Shown: positions 15,404 to 24,668 of the stretch, one piece after another
How the letters are laid out: each line of letters opens with the position of its first letter
Numbering within the stretch: position 1 is the first letter of the stretch
IMG/VR virus record: IMGVR_UViG_3300036803_000035
Span: 793 to 64,792 of that record
Direction: 5' to 3' (one strand)
From: a virus
Lineage: Duplodnaviria > Caudoviricetes
DNA: 64,000 nt
Position numbers and translations under genes: made by a program
Notes under the pieces: generated by a model
The model's input: only the letters and a program-made list of their open reading frames with translations
Told to the model about the DNA's origin: nothing
Database searches by the model: none

Positions 15404-17180
15404 TCCAGTAACAGCCTGGGCCGAGGCTGTGGTCGCCGGCAGTGTCGTGGCGGGCCCTCATGTCCGCAACGCCTGCCGGCGGCATCTCCTCGATCTCGAA
15501 AACGGATCGCAGCGCGGCCTTAGCTGGGACTTGGAAGCGGCGCTATGGGCGATCAACTTTTTCCACGACGTGTTGCGATTGAACGGCGGCCAATTCGAGG
15601 GTCGACCATTCGACTTGCACCCGTCGCAGATATTCAAGACCGGCGCGCTGTTCGGGTGGAAGCGAGCCGACGGGTCGCGAAGGTTTCGCCGCGCCTACAT
15701 CGAGGAGGGGAAGGGCAACGGTAAGTCACCGTGGGCCGCCGGCACCGGCATGTATTGCCTCCTCGCCGACGATGAAGCGCGCGCCGAGGTCTACGCCGCG
15801 GCGAGCAAAAAGGATCAGGCGTTCGTTCTGTTTCGTGACGCCGTGGCGATGCAGGAGCAATCGCCGGCGCTGTCGGAGCGGCTCGTAAAATCGGGCGGCA
15901 ACCCCGTCTGGAATTTGGCCGATCATCAAACCGGATCGTTCTTCCGGCCGATCTCGTCGGATGACGGGCAATCGGGACCGCGACCGCATTGCGCGCTGCT
16001 CGACGAAGTGCACGAGCACAAAGACGGCAAGATGGTCGAGATGTTGGAGCGCGGCTTCAAATGGCGCCGCCAGCCGCTCCTCATCATGATCACGAATTCG
16101 GGCAGCGATCGGAACTCGGTGTGCTGGCAAGAGCATCAGCACGCGGTCCGCGTCGCCGCCGGCACGATGACGCCCGACGAGGCCTTCACCTTCGTGGGCG
16201 AGCCGATCGATGATCAGACGTTCTCCTTTGTCTGCGCCCTCGATCGTGAGGATGACCCGTTCGAGGATCCCGACTGCTGGGTGAAAACCAACCCGCTGCT
16301 CGGCGTGACGGTGCAGAACGATTACCTCGCCGGCGTCGTGAAGCAGGCGAAGCAAATCCCCGGCAAACAGAACACGATCCTGCGGCTGCACTTCTGCGTG
16401 TGGACCGACGCCGACACCGCCTGGATGTCCCGCCAGGCGCTCGAAGCCTGCCTCGCCGACTTCGATCCGGCCGAGCACTACGGCAAGCCCTGCTATCTCG
16501 GGCTCGATCTGTCCGCGACGCGCGATCTGACCGCGATGGCGTTCCTCGTGCCGACCGGCATGATGACCGTCGAACGCACCGAGGCGAGCGGCCTGACTCG
16601 CGTCGTGCAGGCGGCGACCTTCGACTGCTGGATCGAGGCGTGGACGCCGGCCGAGACGATCACCGCGCGCGCGCTGCAAGATCAGGCGCCCTACGATGTG
16701 TGGGCCGATCAAGGCTGGCTCAACGCGACCCCGGGCAGCCTGGTGCGGTACGACATCCTCGCCGCGCGCGTCGCCGAGGCGGCGAACGAATACGAAATTC
16801 GCGCGCTCGCTTACGACAGCTATGCCTTCCAGAAGCATTTCGTGCCGGAGCTCGACCAGGTCGGTTGCACCGTGCCGATCGTCGAGCACCCGCAAGGCGG
16901 CAAACGGAAGGCGGCCGAGAGCGGTTTGTGGATGCCGGGCTCCGTCAAGGAGCTCGAAGCGCTGATCCTCGAAAAGCGCGTCCGCATTCTGCGATCGCCG
17001 GTGACGATCTCGGCGATCATGTCGGCGGTCATCGAGGCCGATCCCTTCGACAACAAGTGGTTTTCGAAGCGCAAGGCGACCAATCGCATCGATCCGGCCG
17101 TGGCGCTGGCGATGGCGACGGGCGCCGCCACGAGCGTCGCGGGATCACCCTACGAAAAGCGGGGCCTATTGGTACTCTGA
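15330..17180 (+). CDS. terL: Terminase large subunit
   Basis: EEGKGNGKS Walker A, LLDEVHEH Walker B, GLDLSATRDLTA nuclease motif, RIDPAVALAMA. Exact start uncertain. Confidence 0.95.
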   Translation: MVAAVSRSTRTQSKSRRTPPASISDPVTAWAEAVVAGSVVAGPHVRNACRRHLLDLENGSQRGLSWDLEAALWAINFFHDVLRLNGGQFEGRPFDLHPSQIFKTGALFGWKRADGSRRFRRAYIEEGKGNGKSPWAAGTGMYCLLADDEARAEVYAAASKKDQAFVLFRDAVAMQEQSPALSERLVKSGGNPVWNLADHQTGSFFRPISSDDGQSGPRPHCALLDEVHEHKDGKMVEMLERGFKWRRQPLLIMITNSGSDRNSVCWQEHQHAVRVAAGTMTPDEAFTFVGEPIDDQTFSFVCALDREDDPFEDPDCWVKTNPLLGVTVQNDYLAGVVKQAKQIPGKQNTILRLHFCVWTDADTAWMSRQALEACLADFDPAEHYGKPCYLGLDLSATRDLTAMAFLVPTGMMTVERTEASGLTRVVQAATFDCWIEAWTPAETITARALQDQAPYDVWADQGWLNATPGSLVRYDILAARVAEAANEYEIRALAYDSYAFQKHFVPELDQVGCTVPIVEHPQGGKRKAAESGLWMPGSVKELEALILEKRVRILRSPVTISAIMSAVIEADPFDNKWFSKRKATNRIDPAVALAMATGAATSVAGSPYEKRGLLVL

Positions 17181-17193
17181 CGGAGGCCGCGCG

Positions 17194-18636
17194 ATGGCTT
17201 TTCCCTTTTTCGGGCGCCTGATCGCGCCGTTCCGGCGTGCGCAAACGACCGGCGTTCCCAGCTACGGATTGATCCCGCCGCTCGGCAGCGTGCAATCCGC
17301 TACCGGGCTGCTGATCAGCCAAGCCACGGCAATGACCGTGGCGGGTGTCAATCGCGCCGTGACGGTGCGCGCGAACAGCGTCGCGCTGTGCCGACCGACA
17401 CTGTACGCGGTCGCCGACGACGGCACGCACACGCCGCTCAAATCGGCCGATCACCCGCTCGTGCAGCTGTTGAAGCGCCCGAACCGGGTCCAGACGCGGT
17501 TCGAATTCATTCGCGATACCTGGATCGCGCTGTTGCTTCGCGGCAATGCCTATTGGGCGATCAAGCGCGATCGCCGCGGCACGCCGATCGAACTCATCTG
17601 GATCAATCCCGACGCGGTGATGATCCTCGAAGCGGTCGACGGCCAGTGGTTCTACAACGTGAACCGCATCGGTCTTTTCATGATCGAGGCGCTCCGCGAA
17701 TTCCCGATCTCGATCCCGGCCGAGGACATCATTCATTTCCGCGGGCCGTCATTCAACATGCTGGTCGCCGCCTCGACGATCGGCCTGGCGCGCGACACGA
17801 TCGGCCTCTCGATGGGGCAGACTCAACAGCAGGCGCGGTGGCTCGGCAACGGCGCGCGCCCCGGCGTGGTCCTCGAAGCATCGAAGCCGCTGTCCGATGC
17901 GGCGGCGAAGCGGTTGAAGCAATCGTGGGAAGATTACAACGCCGGCATTCAGAACATCGGTCGCACCGCCGTCCTCGAAGATGGCGTGACCGCCAAGCAA
18001 ATGTCGCTGACGTCGGTCGATCTCGAATTCGTTGCGCAATCGAACCTGACCATGCAGGACATCGCCCGATTTTTCGGGGTGCCGCTGCGCAAGCTGTACC
18101 AGCCCGACACATCGCGCGGCTCGACCGTCATCCAAGAGGATCAGGCTTTCGTCAATGAGACGGTGAGCCCCGATCTCGAAATGCTCGAACAGAAATTGGA
18201 TCGGGAGTTTAGCCTCGACGAGGACGGCCTGGTGCTCGACTTCGACGAGTCGCCGCTACTCCGTGCGGATCCCAAGACCCGCTACGACATCGGCCGGATC
18301 GGCGTGCTGTCGGGGCTGGTCGCGCCGAACGAATTCCGCAAGAGCGAACGGCTGCCGCCGGTGCCGGATGGCGACACCGTGCGCGCGCCGGTCAACCTGG
18401 CCGCGCTCGGCAGCGACATGACAGGCACCGCCGGCGACGGCGCCGGGCGGCCGGCGAACGGCGAGGAGCCCGAGCCAGGCGTGCCCACGCAGGGCGGCGG
18501 CGGCAAGACGAAACGCGATCTGCCGATCGCGCTGACGATCAACGTCGAGGCGGCCAAGCCGTCGCGACGGACCGGCACGATCACGCGGCGCGAGGACGGC
18601 TCGGCCGAGCTCGACCTGGTGGAGGCTGCGGAATGA
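17194..18636 (+). CDS. Portal protein, HK97 family
   Basis: LLRGNAYW, DIIHFRG, NGARPGVVL, LEDG, IARFFGVP, NEFRKSERLPP. Confidence 0.95.
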   Translation: MAFPFFGRLIAPFRRAQTTGVPSYGLIPPLGSVQSATGLLISQATAMTVAGVNRAVTVRANSVALCRPTLYAVADDGTHTPLKSADHPLVQLLKRPNRVQTRFEFIRDTWIALLLRGNAYWAIKRDRRGTPIELIWINPDAVMILEAVDGQWFYNVNRIGLFMIEALREFPISIPAEDIIHFRGPSFNMLVAASTIGLARDTIGLSMGQTQQQARWLGNGARPGVVLEASKPLSDAAAKRLKQSWEDYNAGIQNIGRTAVLEDGVTAKQMSLTSVDLEFVAQSNLTMQDIARFFGVPLRKLYQPDTSRGSTVIQEDQAFVNETVSPDLEMLEQKLDREFSLDEDGLVLDFDESPLLRADPKTRYDIGRIGVLSGLVAPNEFRKSERLPPVPDGDTVRAPVNLAALGSDMTGTAGDGAGRPANGEEPEPGVPTQGGGGKTKRDLPIALTINVEAAKPSRRTGTITRREDGSAELDLVEAAE

Positions 18637-19025
18637 GGCTCGTGCTCTCCGCAGCGGCGCAGGACATCATGCTGGAAGCGATGGCGCGCGCCCTCGAAGG
18701 CGGCTCCATCACGATCTACGATCGATCGCCGCCGATGTCGGCCGACGAGGCGCCCACCGATCAGCGCGCGCTCGCCGATCTCGAATTCGACAATGCGAAA
18801 TTCGCCGACCACCAATTGAACGCTGCGCTCCGCGACGGCATCGCGAAGGGCAGCGGCAAGGCCACGTGGGCGCGCATCTTCGATCGCCACAAAGTCGCGG
18901 TCCTCGATTGCGACGTCGGCGAAGTGGACAGCGGCGCCGCCATCGAAATGAACACCGCCGACATCCGCAAAGGCGGCCCGGTTCTCATCGACAGTTTCCG
19001 CGCGGGAATGGGGCGGCGAGCATGA
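18633..19025 (+). CDS. Putative virion accessory protein (paralogue of the next gene)
   Basis: Shares the ..G..P..AD......LA.....G.A...R..D.....GGD......I..G..V.I pattern with 19022..19429. Confidence 0.6.
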   Translation: MRLVLSAAAQDIMLEAMARALEGGSITIYDRSPPMSADEAPTDQRALADLEFDNAKFADHQLNAALRDGIAKGSGKATWARIFDRHKVAVLDCDVGEVDSGAAIEMNTADIRKGGPVLIDSFRAGMGRRA

Positions 19026-19429
19026 GCCTTCAATTCAGCACGACCTATCGCAACGCCCTGCTCGATCAGCTGGCGACGACGCTCGGCGGCTCCGAAGTGG
19101 TGAAGTTCTTCACCGGGTCATTGCCGGCGAATTGCGCTGCTGCCGACAGCGGCACGAAGGTCGCCGAATTCGATCTCGCCGCGTCGAGCGATTGGGCAGC
19201 CGCGAGCGGCGGCACGAAAGCGCTCGCCAGCCTGCCGCTATCCGTCACCGGCGCTGCGGCCGGCGTCGCCGGCTATTTCCGGTTCTACGACGCGGGCGCG
19301 GTCTGTCACATGCAAGGCACGCTGACGCTGACCGGCGGCGGCGGCGACATGACGCTCGACAACACGAACATCCAGAGCGGGCAGACCGTCAAGATCACCG
19401 GCTTCACGCTCACCGCGCCGGGCGCCTGA
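19022..19429 (+). CDS. Putative virion accessory protein
   Basis: MSLQFSTTYRNALLD...GYFRFYD...GGGGDMTLDNTNIQSGQTVKITGFTLTAP; beta-rich, typical of phage structural regions. Confidence 0.65.
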   Translation: MSLQFSTTYRNALLDQLATTLGGSEVVKFFTGSLPANCAAADSGTKVAEFDLAASSDWAAASGGTKALASLPLSVTGAAAGVAGYFRFYDAGAVCHMQGTLTLTGGGGDMTLDNTNIQSGQTVKITGFTLTAPGA

Positions 19430-19430
19430 T

Positions 19431-19724
19431 ATGGCCGACAGCACGATCTCGGTCGGTGTCGACACCGGCAAGCTGGTCGACAACAGCCAGGTCACCAATC
19501 AGAGCGGGCAGACCGTCAATCGCCAGCGCGTTGTGATCGCCGATCCCGATGATCCGACCGACCTGTTCAGCCTCGACAAATTGCGCTTCGACCGACAGCT
19601 GCTCGAAATCGAAGCGATCGAGTCGGTCAATCAATCACTCGATGCCGAGGCGCGCGGTCGCGACTTCCGCACGCCGTCATTGCACAGCCGTGGGTCGAGC
19701 CTCGGCAGAGGAGCAACACGATGA
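19431..19724 (+). CDS. Hypothetical protein
   Basis: ORF track; in the late operon. Confidence 0.6.
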   Translation: MADSTISVGVDTGKLVDNSQVTNQSGQTVNRQRVVIADPDDPTDLFSLDKLRFDRQLLEIEAIESVNQSLDAEARGRDFRTPSLHSRGSSLGRGATR

Positions 19725-20383
19725 TTATGGAAGGTTTCGTCCGCCGCTTTCTGGCGATGAAGTCGGGCAAGAACCAAACCGAACTTCGCTTCACGCATCA
19801 GGAGAGTGTCGCGGTTGGGCTGGTCGAGCCGATCAACTTCGAATTTACGCGCGCCGGCCGACGGTTCTTCCTCGGCAACAGCGCGGCGGCAACGGGTATC
19901 GCGCCGGTGCAGGCGGTCCCCACGACGGCCGCACAGTGGGTCATCTGGAACGCCGATCCGGCTGCGACTTATTTCTTCGAGGAACTCGGCGCAATTCTCG
20001 CGTCGGGCACCCCGGGGCTCGGCGCCAGCCTGTTGTTCGCGCTGTTTTCGGCGCCAGCGCAAACCGGATCGAGCGCGACCGGCATGTCGGTCCAATCGGC
20101 ATCACAGGGCTCGCGCGCGAGCAAGGCGATCATCAAGTCGGGCGTGACGATCACGACGCCGGCGGCACCGGCCTGGTTTCAGCTGGACGAAAGTCGCGAT
20201 GCTATTGCTGCGGCGGCTTTCTCGACGGGCTATGCGAACGGGCTATTTCGACGCGATCTCGCCGGCGCGATCGCCATTCAGCCCGGCCAGGGGCTCGGCC
20301 TCGCGGTCATGGCACCGACCGGCACGACGCCGCTCTACATCCCGATGGCGCGCTGGGTCGAACAAGAAACCGACATGGAATAA
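19721..20383 (+). CDS. Hypothetical beta-rich protein
   Basis: GAGGAG RBS; ORF track. Confidence 0.65.
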   Translation: MIMEGFVRRFLAMKSGKNQTELRFTHQESVAVGLVEPINFEFTRAGRRFFLGNSAAATGIAPVQAVPTTAAQWVIWNADPAATYFFEELGAILASGTPGLGASLLFALFSAPAQTGSSATGMSVQSASQGSRASKAIIKSGVTITTPAAPAWFQLDESRDAIAAAAFSTGYANGLFRRDLAGAIAIQPGQGLGLAVMAPTGTTPLYIPMARWVEQETDME

Positions 20384-20406
20384 TTTCACTGACTTCACTG
20401 ACCGCA

Positions 20407-20428
20407 CCGCCCGCCTGGGCGGTTTTTT
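20407..20428 (+). terminator. Intrinsic terminator-like hairpin
   Basis: CCGCCC-GCCT-GGGCGG-TTTTTT. Confidence 0.65.
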
Positions 20429-20448
20429 AATGCCCGAAGGGAGCGCGC

Positions 20449-21588
20449 ATGTCGCTCGGCCTTTGGGAATTCAGCTGGGACATTTGGGCGGCGCACGCTA
20501 CGGCGACGGCGACCATCGCGCCGATCACGCTGGCTGCGACCGCCACCGCCGAAGTCCATGCGACGTGCTCGGCGACGATCGACCCGATCACCCTCGTGGC
20601 GACCGGCGTTGTCGAGGTTCACGCCACCGACAGCGAGACGATCGGCGCCATCACCCTCGCCGGCACCGGCGCGGTTGAAGTCCATGCCGCGCTCTCGGAA
20701 ACGATCGACCCGATCACGCTGGCTGCAACCGGGGCCGTCGAGGTCCACGCCACGAGCTCGGCGGCGATCGCGCCGATCACCCTGGCCGCGACGGGCATCG
20801 TCGAGGTTCATGCGAGCGATGCCGAGACGATCGGCAATATCGCGATCACCGCAACGGGCGCGGTCGAGGTTCACGCCGCGGCCGCCGTCACGATCGACCC
20901 GATCACGGCCGCCGGCGCCGGCCAGGTCGAAGTTCACGCCACGAGCTCGGCGACCCTCGATCCGATCACGCTGGTCGCGACCGGCACGGTGCAGGCCAAC
21001 GAAGTCAGCGCCACCGCCGACGCGACGATCGACCCGATCACGCTCAGCGCCACCGGCCAGGTCGAGATCAGCGCGACCCTCAACGCGACGATCGACCCGA
21101 TCACGGCGTCCACCGGCCCTGTTTTTGACATTCGCGCACAGGCGATCGCGGCACAGGGGATCCTCGGCGGGCCCGGCGTCCGCCGGCGACGGCCGCGACC
21201 CCGCAAGGGCAGCGCGAGCCTCAGCCTTCCGCCGCCCTGGCTCAACGCCCGCGGCTCCGTCTCGCCGCCGGCGACGGGTCGCTTCCTCGCCGAGCTCGAC
21301 AATCCGCTGACGCTGCACGCTCGCGGCGTGGTCGGCACGACAGGCCGCTTTGCCGGGCATCTCGCCAACCCTTTGACACTCCGCGCGCACGGCGCGATCG
21401 GCAATGCCGGTCGGGCAGCAATGGAATTCCATTGGGATCCCATTGTCGCCGCGCGCGCCTGGGCCGCCCCGGTTGGTCAGAGCCGCCCCGTCACGATCAT
21501 CGCGGCGCCCTCGATGCGCGCGATCGGTCGGCACCAGCATTTCACCGACGCCGAGCTCGACGAGATCGTTGCCCTGCTCGCCGCCTAA
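20449..21588 (+). CDS. Repeat protein with about ten 21-aa TIDPITL.ATG.VEVHA units and a basic C-terminal part
   Basis: Repeat visible in the protein and as roughly 63-bp DNA units (about 20503-21120). Confidence 0.75.
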   Translation: MSLGLWEFSWDIWAAHATATATIAPITLAATATAEVHATCSATIDPITLVATGVVEVHATDSETIGAITLAGTGAVEVHAALSETIDPITLAATGAVEVHATSSAAIAPITLAATGIVEVHASDAETIGNIAITATGAVEVHAAAAVTIDPITAAGAGQVEVHATSSATLDPITLVATGTVQANEVSATADATIDPITLSATGQVEISATLNATIDPITASTGPVFDIRAQAIAAQGILGGPGVRRRRPRPRKGSASLSLPPPWLNARGSVSPPATGRFLAELDNPLTLHARGVVGTTGRFAGHLANPLTLRAHGAIGNAGRAAMEFHWDPIVAARAWAAPVGQSRPVTIIAAPSMRAIGRHQHFTDAELDEIVALLAA

Positions 21589-21601
21589 ACGAGGATTGAT
21601 C

Positions 21602-21880
21602 ATGAGCGAAAGCCGTACCGTGAAAGCCGGCACCGCCGGCGGCGTCGACATCAACGTGAACCATCTGCCTTTCGATCACGCGGTGCCGAAGAAGGTCCAA
21701 CTGAGCGCCGATTACATCTTCACGCCGGCGCCCGGCTACGTGACGCCGCCCGACATGACCGGCGCCGCGCCCTCCAAACGGATGCAGCAGACGCAAACGC
21801 GGCTCAGCGGCACCACGGTCACGCTGTTGAAGGCCGAGGCCGACGCGCTGATCGCCGCCGGGAAGGCGACGGCTGTTTGA
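21602..21880 (+). CDS. Hypothetical protein
   Basis: GAGGA RBS, ATG at 21602. Confidence 0.6.
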   Translation: MSESRTVKAGTAGGVDINVNHLPFDHAVPKKVQLSADYIFTPAPGYVTPPDMTGAAPSKRMQQTQTRLSGTTVTLLKAEADALIAAGKATAV

Positions 21881-22158
21881 TGCCGATCGATCTACCGCCT
21901 GAGCCGCCGATCGACGAGTCGCGGCGCGGCATCCTGACGATCAACGAGGGCGGCTTGCTCGCGCTCTTGGGGCTCAAGGGACATCGCATCGAGGAGATGC
22001 GGATCACGACCGGCGGCAATCTGCAAGTCGAGCTCGTCGGCGAGGACATGCCGATCGGCACGCTGCCGAAGCCGGTCGTGCTGATCTGCCACGTCGGCGG
22101 CGACCAGCGCGAATTGTCGTGGGAACACAAACCCGAGAAACGATGGCGGGTGCGATGA
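21877..22158 (+). CDS. Hypothetical protein
   Basis: Overlap-coupled. Confidence 0.55.
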   Translation: MMPIDLPPEPPIDESRRGILTINEGGLLALLGLKGHRIEEMRITTGGNLQVELVGEDMPIGTLPKPVVLICHVGGDQRELSWEHKPEKRWRVR

Positions 22159-22433
22159 GGACTTACAACGGACTGATCTTCGCCGGCGCGAACGGCTCGC
22201 TGTTTGCCGCCGTGCATGTGGTCGATGCCGAGGACGTGGTCGCCGGCAAGGCGGCATTCGGGATCGGCGCCACGCGCATCTTCGGTCAGGCCGTGCAAAT
22301 CGTGCGCGCCGGCGCGATGGTCACCGACGATGTCATGATCGATAATTCGAATGCCGTCCTGACCATTTCGAACGGCGTCGCCTATGAGCTCACCGTCGGC
22401 GACGTGATCAACGTCGTGGCGCTCGGCGCCTGA
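22155..22433 (+). CDS. Hypothetical protein
   Basis: ATGA-coupled start at 22155. Confidence 0.55.
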   Translation: MRTYNGLIFAGANGSLFAAVHVVDAEDVVAGKAAFGIGATRIFGQAVQIVRAGAMVTDDVMIDNSNAVLTISNGVAYELTVGDVINVVALGA

Positions 22434-22505
22434 TCAGGGAGAAGCACATTGACGCAGCCGCCGCCGATTACGCCGAACGCCGGTCAATTCATCCTCGAAG
22501 GCCTG

Positions 22506-22907
22506 CTATGTGGCGGCGGCCTCGTCGTGGTCGGGTTGCTGATCGCCCTTGCGATCGTCACTTGGCGCGATCGTCGGCTGCGGCGGAAGTATCACCTGAA
22601 TTGACGCCATGAACGTCCGCAGGCGATAGCCGTCCCACTTCGCCTCGATTTGCAGATGCGCCGCGATCTGCTGCGCGATTTCATTCGCGACGCTGCGGCG
22701 TATGTGATCCATCGGCAAGTGCACCATGCCGGCCGCGTCGGTCGCGAAATAGCGCGCGCCGGTCGCGATCAATAAGCGGTCGATCGGCACGAGCACAAAC
22801 CCGGCATCCTTCGCCGCTTCTGCCAGCGTGATCGGCACCGGATCGGGCGCATCGACGCCTTCGGTCATCGCGTAGAGCCTCACCATCGAAAGCCTCTCCC
22901 ATGACAA
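22506..22907 (-). CDS. Possible reverse-strand moron, hypothetical
   Basis: Fills the 22434-22900 gap; natural amino-acid composition; start uncertain. Confidence 0.4.
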   Translation of the reverse strand: MSWERLSMVRLYAMTEGVDAPDPVPITLAEAAKDAGFVLVPIDRLLIATGARYFATDAAGMVHLPMDHIRRSVANEIAQQIAAHLQIEAKWDGYRLRTFMASIQVILPPQPTIAPSDDRKGDQQPDHDEAAAT

Positions 22908-24091
22908 TGATCCGCGGCGTTGTCGCCGCTGAAATCCGCGCGCTCGGTGATGACGAAGTCGAGGTCATCATGTCAACCGGCATGATCGCGCGCGACGGGC
23001 ACATCCTGGTGCCGCAAGGCGCGATCCTCGACAACTATCGCAACAACCCGATTTTCCTGTGGCAGCACGACCAGCGAATCCCGGTCGGTCGCGCCGAGGA
23101 AATCGCCATCGAGGGCGACAAGATCAGGGCGCGCGTGCGCTTCGCGCCGACCGGCATCTCGGCTGACGCCGACAAAGTCCGCGGCCTGGTCAAGAGCGAC
23201 ATCGTTCGCGCCGTCTCGGTCGGCTTCGATCCGCTCGACGGCGAGCCGCTCGATCCGAAAAAGCCGAAAGGCGGCCAGCGCTTCACCCGGTGGGAGCTCC
23301 TCGAATGCTCATTCGTGAGCGTGCCCGCCGATCCAGGCGCGGTCGTGACCGCGCGCGACATGGAGACACCCGACATGACGGAAGGCACCACGGCGGCGAC
23401 CGCAACGCGCGCCGCTGAACCGATCTATTACGCCAACATTCGCGGCCTGTGGGACGTCGCGCGCCTTGCCTGCCTCCTCGAGGATTTGGGCTGGGAGCAA
23501 GCCTGCGCCCGGTTCGAGGCGGAGCTCGAAGGCGACGGCTCGGCCGTGCCGGGGATGCTCGCGAACGCATTGTCCTCGCTCGGCGAGGCGCTGATCACGA
23601 TGACGCAGGAGGAGGTCGGCGAGTTCCTCGAAGGTCGCGGCATCGAGATCGACGAGGATGAGGAGCTCGACGAGCTCGACGACGACGATCGCGCCACGGT
23701 CGCGGCTTCGGCCAATCCCGCATTGAAGCGCTTTCGCCTGGCGGTCCGCCGCGCGCGACGCCTCCAAAAGCGCGACGATGATGCCGCCGGCGAGATCACG
23801 ATGTCGGCCGGCGCGATCGCGCGCTGCCGCGAGCACCTGGCGCACCACGAGTCGGCGATGGAAAACCATCGCGCTGCGATGCGGGCGCACAAGCGCGCCG
23901 CCGATTGCATCCGCTCCATCCCCGGCGTCGGCGACGGCGACGAAAACGACGGCCAGCAAATCCAGACATCGGCCGGCACCGCCAAGAGCGATGGCTCGGA
24001 AGGCGATCGCGCCGCCGAGGCGCTGGCGCGTACCGCCGACATCGATCGGCTGCGCCGGCTCGGCGAGCTCAACGCGCGGTCCCTGTCGTAA
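22901..24091 (+). CDS. Prohead (maturation) protease, HK97 family, with a long acidic C-terminal extension
   Basis: NPIFLWQH...PVGR, AVSVGF, ELLECSFVSVPADPGA. Confidence 0.9.
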   Translation: MTMIRGVVAAEIRALGDDEVEVIMSTGMIARDGHILVPQGAILDNYRNNPIFLWQHDQRIPVGRAEEIAIEGDKIRARVRFAPTGISADADKVRGLVKSDIVRAVSVGFDPLDGEPLDPKKPKGGQRFTRWELLECSFVSVPADPGAVVTARDMETPDMTEGTTAATATRAAEPIYYANIRGLWDVARLACLLEDLGWEQACARFEAELEGDGSAVPGMLANALSSLGEALITMTQEEVGEFLEGRGIEIDEDEELDELDDDDRATVAASANPALKRFRLAVRRARRLQKRDDDAAGEITMSAGAIARCREHLAHHESAMENHRAAMRAHKRAADCIRSIPGVGDGDENDGQQIQTSAGTAKSDGSEGDRAAEALARTADIDRLRRLGELNARSLS

Positions 24092-24574
24092 ATGCCGAGC
24101 GATCGCCGCGTTGTGCGGGCGCAAGGCACGGTGACATCGAACAACCGCCGGCAGATCGGCGTGTTGGTCGAGCACGCGACCTTCGAACGCCTCGCCGACA
24201 TGGCACACCGGCGCTCGATTTCCGTCGCAGCGCTGATCCGTGAAGTGCTCCCCAAAGCGCTCGGCGGACCTATCAGTTTCGCCGTCGTGCCAACCGGCTC
24301 GCGCGTGATCCTGCCAACCGGCGAGATCATCGAGGGCGCGCCGATCGACAGCGACGATTACCGCGCGACGGCGCGTGATCTCGGCTATGGCGAGGACACC
24401 CTCGCTATGTGCCAGGAGCACGATCCGCTCCACGCGCGGCTCTGCAATTGGCTTGGCGTCGAGAGTCACGCGCTGCGGCACGCCGCTGGTTTGCCGCACG
24501 ACGCTCGCCTCGCCACGCTCGAAGAAGCCGCGGTTCTCGCGGTGCAAAAGTTCACCCGCGCAATGCGCGCGTGA
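24092..24574 (+). CDS. Protein with N-terminal ribbon-helix-helix (CopG-like) domain
   Basis: RQIGVLVEHATFERLADMAHRRSISVAALIREVL fits the RHH pattern. Confidence 0.5.
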   Translation: MPSDRRVVRAQGTVTSNNRRQIGVLVEHATFERLADMAHRRSISVAALIREVLPKALGGPISFAVVPTGSRVILPTGEIIEGAPIDSDDYRATARDLGYGEDTLAMCQEHDPLHARLCNWLGVESHALRHAAGLPHDARLATLEEAAVLAVQKFTRAMRA

Positions 24575-24668
24575 GTCGCGGGCGCGATCCAACGCGCTCG
24601 CCTTTCCTGCCAACGATCACCGCGCCGAACGGCCCGACGGCGCATCCCTCCCATTGATTGAGGTTTCC

